NCBI GenBank assembly: GCA_037481815.1
Contig: JBBFKX010000002.1
Span: 224,001 to 288,000, forward strand
Reading direction: 5' to 3'
DNA length: 64,000 nt
Origin: a candidate division WOR-3 bacterium
Lineage (GTDB): Bacteria > Hydrothermota > 32-111
The position numbers and the translations under genes were made by a program. Each line of letters opens with the position of its first letter. Within the stretch, counting starts at the first letter, position 1. Below, piece after piece: positions 9,073 to 18,214 of this stretch. Below the pieces are notes generated by a model that did no database searches, was not told the DNA's origin, and was given only the letters and a program-made list of their open reading frames with translations.

Positions 9073-10606
9073 TGTTCCTCCTGAATTTCAAAGTAAATTC
9101 AGTATAACCTTTTTCGCTTTTAAAATCAATCTCTCCTGAATGTTCATCTTTCACGATCTTGTAAACTATCGAAAGTCCAAGTCCAGTTCCTTTCGTCTTG
9201 TTCGTTGTAAAAGGTTGAAATATTTTTGCTTTTAAATCTTGATCAATACCTTTTCCATTATCGATGAACTTTAAAACATCGTATCCATTTTCCCGCTCAT
9301 ACACAACCTTCACAACACCATTTTCAAGACCATCTATTGCATCAAAACTGTTATCAAGAAGGTTTATAAAAACCTGTTTAAGACCTGTTCTTTCAGCAAA
9401 AATCATAGCATTTTCAAAATTTTCAAATCTTACCTTTTTATATTTTTCATCACACAGAAAAAGTTCTCCTAAAAACTCCTTTAAATTTATAAGTGTTGGT
9501 TCGATTTTTCTTACTCGAGCATATTCAAGAAACTGGTTCACAAGTAAGTTCAACCTTTCGACCTCTTCGAAAAGAATGTTGAACATCGGATGAGACCTGT
9601 ATTCATCTTTTAGTTCCCCAAGAAGAATCCTGGCACTCTCTTTTATGTTCGAAACAGGATTTCTTATCTCATGTGCAAGTGATGCTGAAAGTTGTCCAAT
9701 CGTTTCAAGTTTGTCCTTTATTCTCAACCTTCTCTCATATTCGACTATATCGGTTATGTCGTTGATGAAAATCATTATAAATGTTTCACCACTCTTCTCG
9801 TTGTAAATTTTATCGACCTGCAACTGGTAAGTTTTATTTTCTCTTGTAAAATTTTTTCTCTCTCCCTTCTGAACAAGATCAAAAATCTCCTGATCAACAT
9901 TTTTAAACTCGATATTTGAAGATATGTTTTTAAAAAGTTCTCTACTTTTTTTGTTGAAATCTGTTATTAAATAATTCTTATCAAGAAGGATTATCGTGTA
10001 CGGTATATGATCTAAAAGGTCTTTCAACTTCGCCGAATATTTAAAAAGTTCAATCTTCCTTGCCTGTAACCTTTCAGAAAGAAAACCACTCACTGCAGCC
10101 ACAAGAAAGAAGGAAAGAATATAGATATACACTCTTATGATTAACTCTTCAAGATTGACCTGTGGCTGTGGTAAAGGTCGATAGGGTGATATTATAAAAC
10201 CAAAATACTCTCCAAATACAAAAAATGAATATGCAAAGGTTGATAGTATCGCAGTTAAAAAACTACCTTTCGCGAAAATAAAAAAACTTGCTGCGATGAT
10301 GTTTACAAAATATAAAATTTCAAAAAAATTGTTCGATCCGCCAGTAAAATAAACTATACCAACGATCAGAAGGTTATCATAGATTATCTGAACATAATTG
10401 TAGAAAGTATAAAATTTTTTTGTTCTGAGTAAAATCAAAATAAAAACACTGAAAAGGATAGTTAAAATCAGTATCGAAAAATGTGGAATAAGATTGAATT
10501 TCATTCCCCTTAAACGGGAAAATATCCCAAGTAGAGGAAGTGTCAATACTATGAAAAACCTTATAAGGATATACCAGAAATATTTTTTGTCTATATCTTT
10601 AAACAT
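9065..10606 (-). CDS. pilS: sensor histidine kinase (PilS-like)
   Basis: N-terminal TM bundle (VYFTGG), H-box LAHEIRNP, N-box QVFINLLDN, DNGKG, GTGLGL; lies between pilC and pilR. Confidence 0.82.
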   Translation of the reverse strand: MFKDIDKKYFWYILIRFFIVLTLPLLGIFSRLRGMKFNLIPHFSILILTILFSVFILILLRTKKFYTFYNYVQIIYDNLLIVGIVYFTGGSNNFFEILYFVNIIAASFFIFAKGSFLTAILSTFAYSFFVFGEYFGFIISPYRPLPQPQVNLEELIIRVYIYILSFFLVAAVSGFLSERLQARKIELFKYSAKLKDLLDHIPYTIILLDKNYLITDFNKKSRELFKNISSNIEFKNVDQEIFDLVQKGERKNFTRENKTYQLQVDKIYNEKSGETFIMIFINDITDIVEYERRLRIKDKLETIGQLSASLAHEIRNPVSNIKESARILLGELKDEYRSHPMFNILFEEVERLNLLVNQFLEYARVRKIEPTLINLKEFLGELFLCDEKYKKVRFENFENAMIFAERTGLKQVFINLLDNSFDAIDGLENGVVKVVYERENGYDVLKFIDNGKGIDQDLKAKIFQPFTTNKTKGTGLGLSIVYKIVKDEHSGEIDFKSEKGYTEFTLKFRRNIE

Positions 10607-10617
10607 TCAATACTATA

Positions 10618-11820
10618 TCACCCAGCAACAAGAGTTATCATCTTGAACATCGGAAGATACATCGCTACCATCATTCCACCGACAACAGTTGCAAGAACAA
10701 CCATTATAAGTGGTTCAAGTGCTGACATAAGTGCTTCAACAGCAGCATCAACCTCTTCATCATAAAAGTCAGCAACTTTTATAAGCATCGATTCAAGACC
10801 ACCAGTTTCCTCTCCGATCCTGATCATCTGCACAACCATTGGAGGAAAAACTTTTTCTTTAGAAAGTGGAAGAGATATCGATTCACCTTCCTGTATCGCG
10901 GTTCTCGCTTTCAGTATCGCTGCCTCAACAATAACATTTCCAGCGGTTTTTGCAGTTGTTTCAAGTGCTGAGATAATGTTGACACCTGACGAAAGGAGTG
11001 TCGCAAGTGTTCGTGAAAATCTCGCAACAACCTGTTTTCTCTGCAGATCTCCAAAAACTGGTGCTCCAAGAGCAAGTTTATCAAAAAATACTCTTCCCTG
11101 AGGAGTATTCTGAAAAGATTTTAAAGCCACTATAATTATGACTATAGCAATAATTATAAACACAATATTTTTTCTTAAAAAATTAGAAAGGTTAACAAGT
11201 ATCGCTGTTGGAAGAGGTAGTGTACCACCAAAACTTGTGAACATACTTGCAAAGATCGGAATAACAAATATCAACATAACAGCAACAGCAATAACCATAA
11301 CAACACTTATTATAGCAGGATAAACCATCGCTCCCTTAATTTTTCTTGTTAACGCTTCGTTCTTTTCAAGATATGTTGCAAGACGGCTTAAAATCGTTTC
11401 AAGAGCACCACCTTCCTCACCTGCTTTCACCATGTTCACATAAAGTTCAGAAAAAGCGTTCTTATGTTTTCTCATCGCATCAGCAAGAGTGAGACCACTT
11501 TCAACATCGCTTATCATTTCCGAGAGAACTTTTTTAAAAGGTTTACTTTCTGTCTGCTCATGAAGAATTCTTAAACATTGCATCAACGGAAGTCCTGCTG
11601 CTATCATCGTTGAGAATTGTCTTGTAAAGATGGATATAACTTTTGTTGGAATTCCACCGCCTCCACCAATTTCTATCGATGTCCAATCCATACTTAAAGA
11701 AATTATCTGATATCCTTGTGCTTTTAAAATCTGCTCTGCTTTTTGCTTGTTTGGTGCTTCTATGGAATCCTCTTTAATTTTGCCATCTCTACCTTTTGCT
11801 TTGTATTTAAACTTTGCCAT
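10618..11820 (-). CDS. pilC: type IV pilus platform protein PilC (GspF family)
   Basis: FTRQFSTMIAAGLPL, AGEEGGAL, GAMVYP, IGEETGGL, LEP, AMYLPMF. Confidence 0.95.
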   Translation of the reverse strand: MAKFKYKAKGRDGKIKEDSIEAPNKQKAEQILKAQGYQIISLSMDWTSIEIGGGGGIPTKVISIFTRQFSTMIAAGLPLMQCLRILHEQTESKPFKKVLSEMISDVESGLTLADAMRKHKNAFSELYVNMVKAGEEGGALETILSRLATYLEKNEALTRKIKGAMVYPAIISVVMVIAVAVMLIFVIPIFASMFTSFGGTLPLPTAILVNLSNFLRKNIVFIIIAIVIIIVALKSFQNTPQGRVFFDKLALGAPVFGDLQRKQVVARFSRTLATLLSSGVNIISALETTAKTAGNVIVEAAILKARTAIQEGESISLPLSKEKVFPPMVVQMIRIGEETGGLESMLIKVADFYDEEVDAAVEALMSALEPLIMVVLATVVGGMMVAMYLPMFKMITLVAG

Positions 11821-11835
11821 CTATTCCCCCTTTTA

Positions 11836-12927
11836 TTAAATATTAACATTTCCTGTCTTTCTATATTCAGCAAGCATCTTTTCAAGTTCTTCTGGCTCCT
11901 TCGAAGCAGCCATCATGTTTTCAAGTGTTATCTGACCTGTTCTATAGAGTTCAAACAACGCCTGGTTCATCGTTTGCATTCCATATTTTTTTCCTGCCTG
12001 TATCATCGAATATATCTGATGTACTTTGTCATCTCTTATTAACGCCTTTATTGCTGGTGTTCCAGCGAGTATCTCCATAGCCATCGCTCTTCCACCCCTT
12101 ATCTTTGGAACGAGTGTTTGAGTCATTATCGCAATTATAACAAAAGCGAGTTGTGCTCTGACCTGGCCCTGCTGTGCTTCAGGGAAAACATCTATGATAC
12201 GGTTTATCGATTCTGCTGCTGAGTTTGTGTGAAGTGTCGCAAAAGTTAGGTGTCCTGTTTCCGATATAGTCAAAGCTGCCTGAATAGTTTCCAGATCTCT
12301 CATCTCACCTATCATCACAATATCAGGATCCTGTCTCAAAGCGTATTTCAAAGCACTTGCAAAAGATTTTGTATCTGAACCAACCTGTCTCTGGTTCACA
12401 ATACATTTTTTATGTTTGAACAAGAACTCTATCGGGTCCTCAACAGTTATTATATGACTTCTCCTTTCCTGATTGATCTGATCGATCATCGCAGCAAGTG
12501 TCGTTGATTTTCCTGAACCTGTTGGACCTGTAACGAGTATGAGTCCTTTTGGTCTTTTTGCGAACTCTGAAACTATTGGAGGTAAACCGAGTTCTTTGTA
12601 TCCTTTTATCTCAAAAGGAATCTGTCTTAAAACCATCGCTACATTTCCGCGTTGTCTGAAAACATTTCCTCTGAACCTTGAAAGGTTAGGAACCGAAATC
12701 GAAAGATCGAGTTCCCAATTCTGTTCAAATGTCTTTTTCTGTTGATCGTTTAAAACAGAATATGCGAGTTGTTCACAGTCCTGTGGTTTCAAAACATCAT
12801 AGTTCATCGGAACTATCTCTCCATCGATTCTGATACATGGAGGTAGTCCTGCTGTTATATGTAAATCTGATGCTTTTCTTTCGACCATCTCAGTTAAAAG
12901 TTGAACTATTGAAGGTAAAGGTGACAT
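11836..12927 (-). CDS. pilT: twitching motility retraction ATPase PilT
   Basis: ASDLH, GPTGSGKSTT, EDPIEF, LRQDPD, GEMRD, ETGHL.FATLHT, AIKALIRD, GMQTM. Confidence 0.95.
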   Translation of the reverse strand: MSPLPSIVQLLTEMVERKASDLHITAGLPPCIRIDGEIVPMNYDVLKPQDCEQLAYSVLNDQQKKTFEQNWELDLSISVPNLSRFRGNVFRQRGNVAMVLRQIPFEIKGYKELGLPPIVSEFAKRPKGLILVTGPTGSGKSTTLAAMIDQINQERRSHIITVEDPIEFLFKHKKCIVNQRQVGSDTKSFASALKYALRQDPDIVMIGEMRDLETIQAALTISETGHLTFATLHTNSAAESINRIIDVFPEAQQGQVRAQLAFVIIAIMTQTLVPKIRGGRAMAMEILAGTPAIKALIRDDKVHQIYSMIQAGKKYGMQTMNQALFELYRTGQITLENMMAASKEPEELEKMLAEYRKTGNVNI

Positions 12928-12938
12928 CTATAAACCTC

Positions 12939-14702
12939 CTATTCCATTACAGCTGTTTCTCTTATAACCTCTTCTATAGTAGTTAAACCCTTTTTTACTT
13001 TTATCAAAGCATCATCTCTTAGAGTTTTCATACCCTCTTTCTTCGCCTGCTCTCTCAGTTCGGCAGTTGATGCTCTTGCTAAAATCATCTCTCTGAGTTT
13101 TGGAGAGATCGGCATAACCTCTGTTACAGCCAACCTTCCCTTATAACCCTTTCCACCACAAAAATCACAACCATCTCCCTTTTCATAAACCTGATGACCT
13201 TTCAAAATCATAGGATCAATTCCATAATCCCTTAAGGTTTCCTCATCGTAAACAATCGGTTTTCTACACTTTTCACACACCTTTCTGAGCAACCTCTGCG
13301 CCTGTATCAGATTCAAAGCTGCTGACACAAGAAATGGCTCTATTCCCATATCTATCAATCTGTTGACTGTTGAAGGTGAATCGTTTGTGTGAATCGTTGA
13401 AACAACAAGGTGACCTGTGAGTGCTGCTCTTATCGCGATTTCCGCTGTTTCTGTATCTCTTATCTCTCCAACGAGTATCACGTTTGGTGATTGTCTCAAA
13501 AATGCTCTTAAAGCGGATGCAAAAGTGAAGCCAATATCCGGGTTGACCTGCACCTGATTTATTCCGTAAAGATTATACTCTATTGGATCCTCTGCTGTCA
13601 TTATCTGTATATCCGGGGTATTCAGAGATGATAGAGCAGAATATAGTGTTGTTGATTTTCCCGAACCTGTTGGACCTGTGACAAGAACTATTCCGTAAGG
13701 TTTATGTATGGCTGCCTGGAATTTTTCGAGGTTGTCCGGCTCAAATCCAAGTTTAGTCATCTCAAGTTGTAATGCTGATTTATCGAGTATTCTCATAACA
13801 ACCTTTTCACCAAAAAGCACAGGTATAATTGAAACTCTGAGGTCTATCTGTTTATCGTAGACCTTCAACCTTATTCTTCCATCCTGCGGGATGTTATGGA
13901 CTGCAATATCAAGTTCTGACATCAATTTTATTCTTGAAACTATTCCTGCCTTCAGTTCGTATGGGGGTCTTATAAGTTCAGTTAAAACTCCATCAACTCT
14001 CAGTCGAACTCTCAAATAATTTTCAAATGGTTCGATATGTATATCGGACGCTTTCAATTCAACAGCTTTTGTAAAAATATAGTTTACAATTTTAACAACC
14101 GGCTTGTCCTCCGCTGCGGAAGCACCATCGATAACTATCTCTTTCGAATCAGCTTCTCCAACAACCTCTACATCATCGTCTCCAAGAGTAATATCCTCAT
14201 CTATGTCAAGATTTACTTCTTCGTCAATATCAAGATCTATATCTATATCATCCTCTTCTGAGAACTCACTCACCTGAGTTTGTGCTTCCCTGTATTTACC
14301 GAGTGCTTTCTGGAGTGAATTTTCAGTTGTAACAACAGGAATGACATCGAGTCCAGTTTTGAATTTAACATCATCTATAGCGTTGAGATTTGCAGGATTC
14401 ACCATCGCAAGAAAGAGCATATTCCCGGTTTTCTTGTATGGGATCATCATATGTTTTGTTGCGAGTTCCTCTGGTATAAGATTCAATATTTGAATGGGAA
14501 TCTCTTCTTTATCAATGAGAATAAATTCGGTTTTAAAATATTTTGCAAGAAATTTTGCGATTTTCTCTTCTGTGGAAAAACCTAAACTCACAACCGACTT
14601 TATAAAAGATTCACCGGTCTCTTTCTGTCTTTCAAATACCTTTCCAACCTGTTCCCTGTTCAAAATTCCTGCTGAAGTGAAAAGATTTGCAAGTGTTTGC
14701 AT
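12939..14702 (-). CDS. pilB: type IV pilus extension ATPase PilB, paralog 2 (degenerate MshEN N-terminus)
   Basis: ASDIHIEP, PQDGRI, GPTGSGKSTT, EDPIEY, GEIRD, TGHLV.STIHTN, CxxC...CxxC Zn motif. Confidence 0.92.
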   Translation of the reverse strand: MQTLANLFTSAGILNREQVGKVFERQKETGESFIKSVVSLGFSTEEKIAKFLAKYFKTEFILIDKEEIPIQILNLIPEELATKHMMIPYKKTGNMLFLAMVNPANLNAIDDVKFKTGLDVIPVVTTENSLQKALGKYREAQTQVSEFSEEDDIDIDLDIDEEVNLDIDEDITLGDDDVEVVGEADSKEIVIDGASAAEDKPVVKIVNYIFTKAVELKASDIHIEPFENYLRVRLRVDGVLTELIRPPYELKAGIVSRIKLMSELDIAVHNIPQDGRIRLKVYDKQIDLRVSIIPVLFGEKVVMRILDKSALQLEMTKLGFEPDNLEKFQAAIHKPYGIVLVTGPTGSGKSTTLYSALSSLNTPDIQIMTAEDPIEYNLYGINQVQVNPDIGFTFASALRAFLRQSPNVILVGEIRDTETAEIAIRAALTGHLVVSTIHTNDSPSTVNRLIDMGIEPFLVSAALNLIQAQRLLRKVCEKCRKPIVYDEETLRDYGIDPMILKGHQVYEKGDGCDFCGGKGYKGRLAVTEVMPISPKLREMILARASTAELREQAKKEGMKTLRDDALIKVKKGLTTIEEVIRETAVME

Positions 14703-14703
14703 A

Positions 14704-16434
14704 TTACCTTAAAGCGGTCTCCTTTACAACCTCAAGTATATCTGTTACACCCTGTTTCAGTTTTCTTAAAGCAACCTCTCTCATCGTTACCAAACCATTT
14801 TCGATAGCAATTTTTTCAAGATCATCGGTTGTCAATTTTTTCATTATCGCTTTTCTTATTTCAGGTGTTATATCCATAACCTCAAAGATTCCAACCATTC
14901 CCTTATAACCAGTTCCACCACATTTTTCACATCCAGCACCTTTATAAAGTTTCGCTCCCCCGATCTCTTCAGGTGAAAAACCAAGACGATTCAACTCTTC
15001 ATCAGATATGTTATGTGGAATTTTACAGTTCTCACAGATCCTTCTCAACAATCTCTGTGATACTATACAGTTTACAGTTGAAGATATTAAAAACGGTTCA
15101 ACTCCCATATTTATCAATCTTGTTATAGTTCCAGCGGTTGAATTTGTGTGAACTGATGATAAAACAAGGTGTCCTGTCAAAGATGCTCTTATAGCGATTT
15201 CCGCTGTCTCTCTATCTCTTATCTCTCCAACCATTATAACATTTGGATCCTGTCTGAGATACGCTCTTAATGCTGATGCAAAAGTTAATCCAACCGACTC
15301 TGCAACCTGTAACTGGTTCACACCGTCAAGTGAGAACTCTACCGGATCCTCTGCGGTGGTTATGTTTATCTCAGGACTGTTTATCTTTGAAAGACATGTA
15401 TAAAGTGTTGTTGTTTTTCCTGAACCTGTTGGACCGGTTATCAATATTATCCCAACAGGGTTTCTTAATGATTTCATCAATTTTTTTTCAAGATCTGGAT
15501 CAAAACCAAGTTTATCGAATTCAAAATCAACCTTTTCTCTATCAAGGATTCTCATAGCAACCTTTTCGCCATACATCGTAGGGACTGTCGCAACACGGAT
15601 ATCTATCGGTTTTCCATGAACTTTTACCTTTATCCTACCATCCTGAGGTAATCTCGCTTCCTGAAGTTTCATATGAGCCATAACTTTTATTCTTGAAACG
15701 ATAGATTTTCTGAATTGCCATTTTGGAGGATTTTCTATAGGTCTTAAAACTCCATCTATTCTGTACCTAATCCTTAACGATTGATCGTATGGCTCAATAT
15801 GTATATCAGATGCACCCTCTTCTACCGCTTTAGTGATAAGGTTGTTTACTATTTTGACTATTGGTCCACTATCAACTGATGCTGCAAGATCACTCACAAC
15901 CTCATCCGCTTTTTCATTTTCATCCTTTTTTATGACTTCAACATTCTCTTCAACTATATCGTTCAGATCGATGTTATCAAGGTTGTCTATATCAACTTCA
16001 ATATCATCCTCTTTGGGATAATACCTATCGATGAATTCAAGAATCGATCTTTCAGATGATATCAAAGGGATAATCGTGTGTGCAATCGTAAACTGAATGT
16101 CCTGTATAACAAACATGTCCGCAGGATTAGCCATCGCAAGGTAAAGCGTCTTGCCCTCTCTTCTCACTGGAAAAATCGTATGCTGTCTTGCAAGTTTACC
16201 TGGAATTATTTGAAGCAAAGATTCATCAACCTGAATCTCTTCGAGGTTAACTGCCTGAACTTTATACTGTTTTGAAAGAAATTCGATAAGTTTTTTTTCA
16301 GAAGTGTATCCGAGTTCAACAAGAACTGTCCCTAATTTTTTGTTTGTCTGTTTTTGAACTTTTAATGCTTCATTGAGTTGCTGGTTATTTATGATTCCAG
16401 CACTTATTAAAAGTTCTCCTAATCTTTCAGCCAT
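14704..16434 (-). CDS. pilB: type IV pilus extension ATPase PilB, paralog 1 (intact MshEN N-terminus)
   Basis: RLGELLISAGII...L..Q, ASDIHIEP, PQDGRI, GPTGSGKTTT, RQDPN, tetracysteine motif. Confidence 0.92.
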   Translation of the reverse strand: MAERLGELLISAGIINNQQLNEALKVQKQTNKKLGTVLVELGYTSEKKLIEFLSKQYKVQAVNLEEIQVDESLLQIIPGKLARQHTIFPVRREGKTLYLAMANPADMFVIQDIQFTIAHTIIPLISSERSILEFIDRYYPKEDDIEVDIDNLDNIDLNDIVEENVEVIKKDENEKADEVVSDLAASVDSGPIVKIVNNLITKAVEEGASDIHIEPYDQSLRIRYRIDGVLRPIENPPKWQFRKSIVSRIKVMAHMKLQEARLPQDGRIKVKVHGKPIDIRVATVPTMYGEKVAMRILDREKVDFEFDKLGFDPDLEKKLMKSLRNPVGIILITGPTGSGKTTTLYTCLSKINSPEINITTAEDPVEFSLDGVNQLQVAESVGLTFASALRAYLRQDPNVIMVGEIRDRETAEIAIRASLTGHLVLSSVHTNSTAGTITRLINMGVEPFLISSTVNCIVSQRLLRRICENCKIPHNISDEELNRLGFSPEEIGGAKLYKGAGCEKCGGTGYKGMVGIFEVMDITPEIRKAIMKKLTTDDLEKIAIENGLVTMREVALRKLKQGVTDILEVVKETALR

Positions 16435-16469
16435 ACAATTTATTTTATTATTTTATTTTTTTAAGTCAA
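16435..16469 (-). promoter_or_regulatory. sigma70-type promoter of the pilB1 operon, probably leaderless
   Basis: TTGACT (16469-16464), 16 nt, TAAAAT (16447-16442), 7 nt, ATG; no SD. Confidence 0.55.
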
Positions 16470-18207
16470 GTTTTAATTTCAAAGATGCTCTTACAAAACC
16501 AAAGAAAAGAGGGGATGGAGAAAATATAGTTGATCTGAATTCGGGATGTGATTGTGTTGCAACAAAGAACCTATGATTCTTTAACTCTATAAACTCCATC
16601 AACTTTTCATCCTTTGATACGTTGTGATATCCTGAAAAAATTATTCCATTTTTTTCAAGTGTTTCAACGAACTGGTTGTTCACCTCATATCTGTGTCTAT
16701 GTCTCTCAAGAATAACCGGTTTATCTTTTTCAATATAACCAAGACGAAAACTGTTTTCCTTATCTTTTTTCAAAATTTCAATATAATATTTATCTTCATC
16801 TATTCTTCCGGTTTCTTTATACAATCTGTACACAAGTGTTCCTTCCACAAGATGTGCAGCGTATGCACCAAGTCTCATCGTTCCACCATACCTTGATTCT
16901 TTGATAACATTTTTCTGATTTTCTATGAAATGGATCACAGGGTATTTCGTATAAGGATCTATTTCAACAGAGTTTGCGTTTTCAAGTTTACAAACATTTC
17001 TTGCAAATTCAACTATAGCAAGTTGCATACCAAAACATAGACCAAGATAAGGTATGTTGTTCTCTCTTGCAAATCTTATAACTTTTATTTTACCTTCAAC
17101 TCCATCTTTTCCAAATCCACCTGGAACGATGAATCCATTATATTTTTTAAGATCCTTTTTGTCAATTTTTCCGTTCTCAACATCCTGTGCTGAAATCCAA
17201 TCGATTTTTACACCACAATCGTTTTTCGCACCGGAATGCTCCAGTGCCTGGGCAACAGAAATGTATGAATCTTTTAAAGAAAATTCTCCTATATCGATGT
17301 ATTTCCCTACCATTGCAATATTGATAATATCTTTTGGATTCTCGATGATGTTAACCGTTTTTTCGAGAAAACTCCAATCAGGTCTTTTTCTTGCTTTTAA
17401 TGAAAACTCTTTCAAAATCTTTTTTCCAAGTTCATCTTTTTCAAAATTTAAAGGAACCCTGTAAAGTGTATCAATATCTGGAGCAGAAATTACATGTTCA
17501 GAATCTATGTTCGCATATATTTCAATTTTTTTCTTTCTCACACTATCAAGAGGTTCCTTTGCTCTGCAAAGGATGAAATTTGGAAAAATTCCATGTTCGG
17601 AGAGGAGTTTTATCGCCTGTTGTGTTGGTTTCGTTTTCATCTCTCCAATGTGTTTCGGTGTTGGAAGATAGGTTATAAGAACATATTTTACATTCTCTTC
17701 TCCTATCTCCCGTTCAAGTGATTTTACAGCAAAAAGATAGGGGATATTTTCATAATCCCCTATCGTTCCGCCAATTTCTATCAAAACAAATTCATATCCA
17801 TTTCCTATCTCTTTGATCCTTCTTTTTATCTCATCCGAAATGTGCGGTATGAGTTGAACCGTCTGTCCTAAAAATTTTCCCTTCCTTTCATCTTCGATAA
17901 CTTTTGAGTAGACCTGTCCTGTTGTGATATTATTTTTTTTACTGAAATGCTGGTTTAAAAATCTTTCGTAATTTCCAAGATCCTGATCTATCTCACCACC
18001 ATCATCTGTCACCCATACCTCACCATGCTCGGTAGGTCTTAAAGTTCCAGCATCAAAATTTATATACGGATCAATCTTTATAGTCGTAACTTTATAACCA
18101 TAATTTTTAAGTATCATTCCTATAGATGCTGTAGCAATACCTTTTCCTACACCACTTAACACTCCTCCGGTCACAACTATAAATTTAGGAAATTTATTTT
18201 TTTTCAT
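16453..18207 (-). CDS. pyrG: CTP synthase
   Basis: TGGVLSGVGKG, KIDPY, EIGGTIGD, KTKPTQ, VPGGFG, GLCFGMQ, RHRHRYE, QSHPEF. Confidence 0.96.
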   Translation of the reverse strand: MKKNKFPKFIVVTGGVLSGVGKGIATASIGMILKNYGYKVTTIKIDPYINFDAGTLRPTEHGEVWVTDDGGEIDQDLGNYERFLNQHFSKKNNITTGQVYSKVIEDERKGKFLGQTVQLIPHISDEIKRRIKEIGNGYEFVLIEIGGTIGDYENIPYLFAVKSLEREIGEENVKYVLITYLPTPKHIGEMKTKPTQQAIKLLSEHGIFPNFILCRAKEPLDSVRKKKIEIYANIDSEHVISAPDIDTLYRVPLNFEKDELGKKILKEFSLKARKRPDWSFLEKTVNIIENPKDIINIAMVGKYIDIGEFSLKDSYISVAQALEHSGAKNDCGVKIDWISAQDVENGKIDKKDLKKYNGFIVPGGFGKDGVEGKIKVIRFARENNIPYLGLCFGMQLAIVEFARNVCKLENANSVEIDPYTKYPVIHFIENQKNVIKESRYGGTMRLGAYAAHLVEGTLVYRLYKETGRIDEDKYYIEILKKDKENSFRLGYIEKDKPVILERHRHRYEVNNQFVETLEKNGIIFSGYHNVSKDEKLMEFIELKNHRFFVATQSHPEFRSTIFSPSPLFFGFVRASLKLKLDLKK

Positions 18208-18214
18208 AATAGAC

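Noticed and set aside
16720..16830. Intein in pyrG
   Set aside because: The insertion is only about 30 aa and has no Cys/Ser start or His-Asn end.
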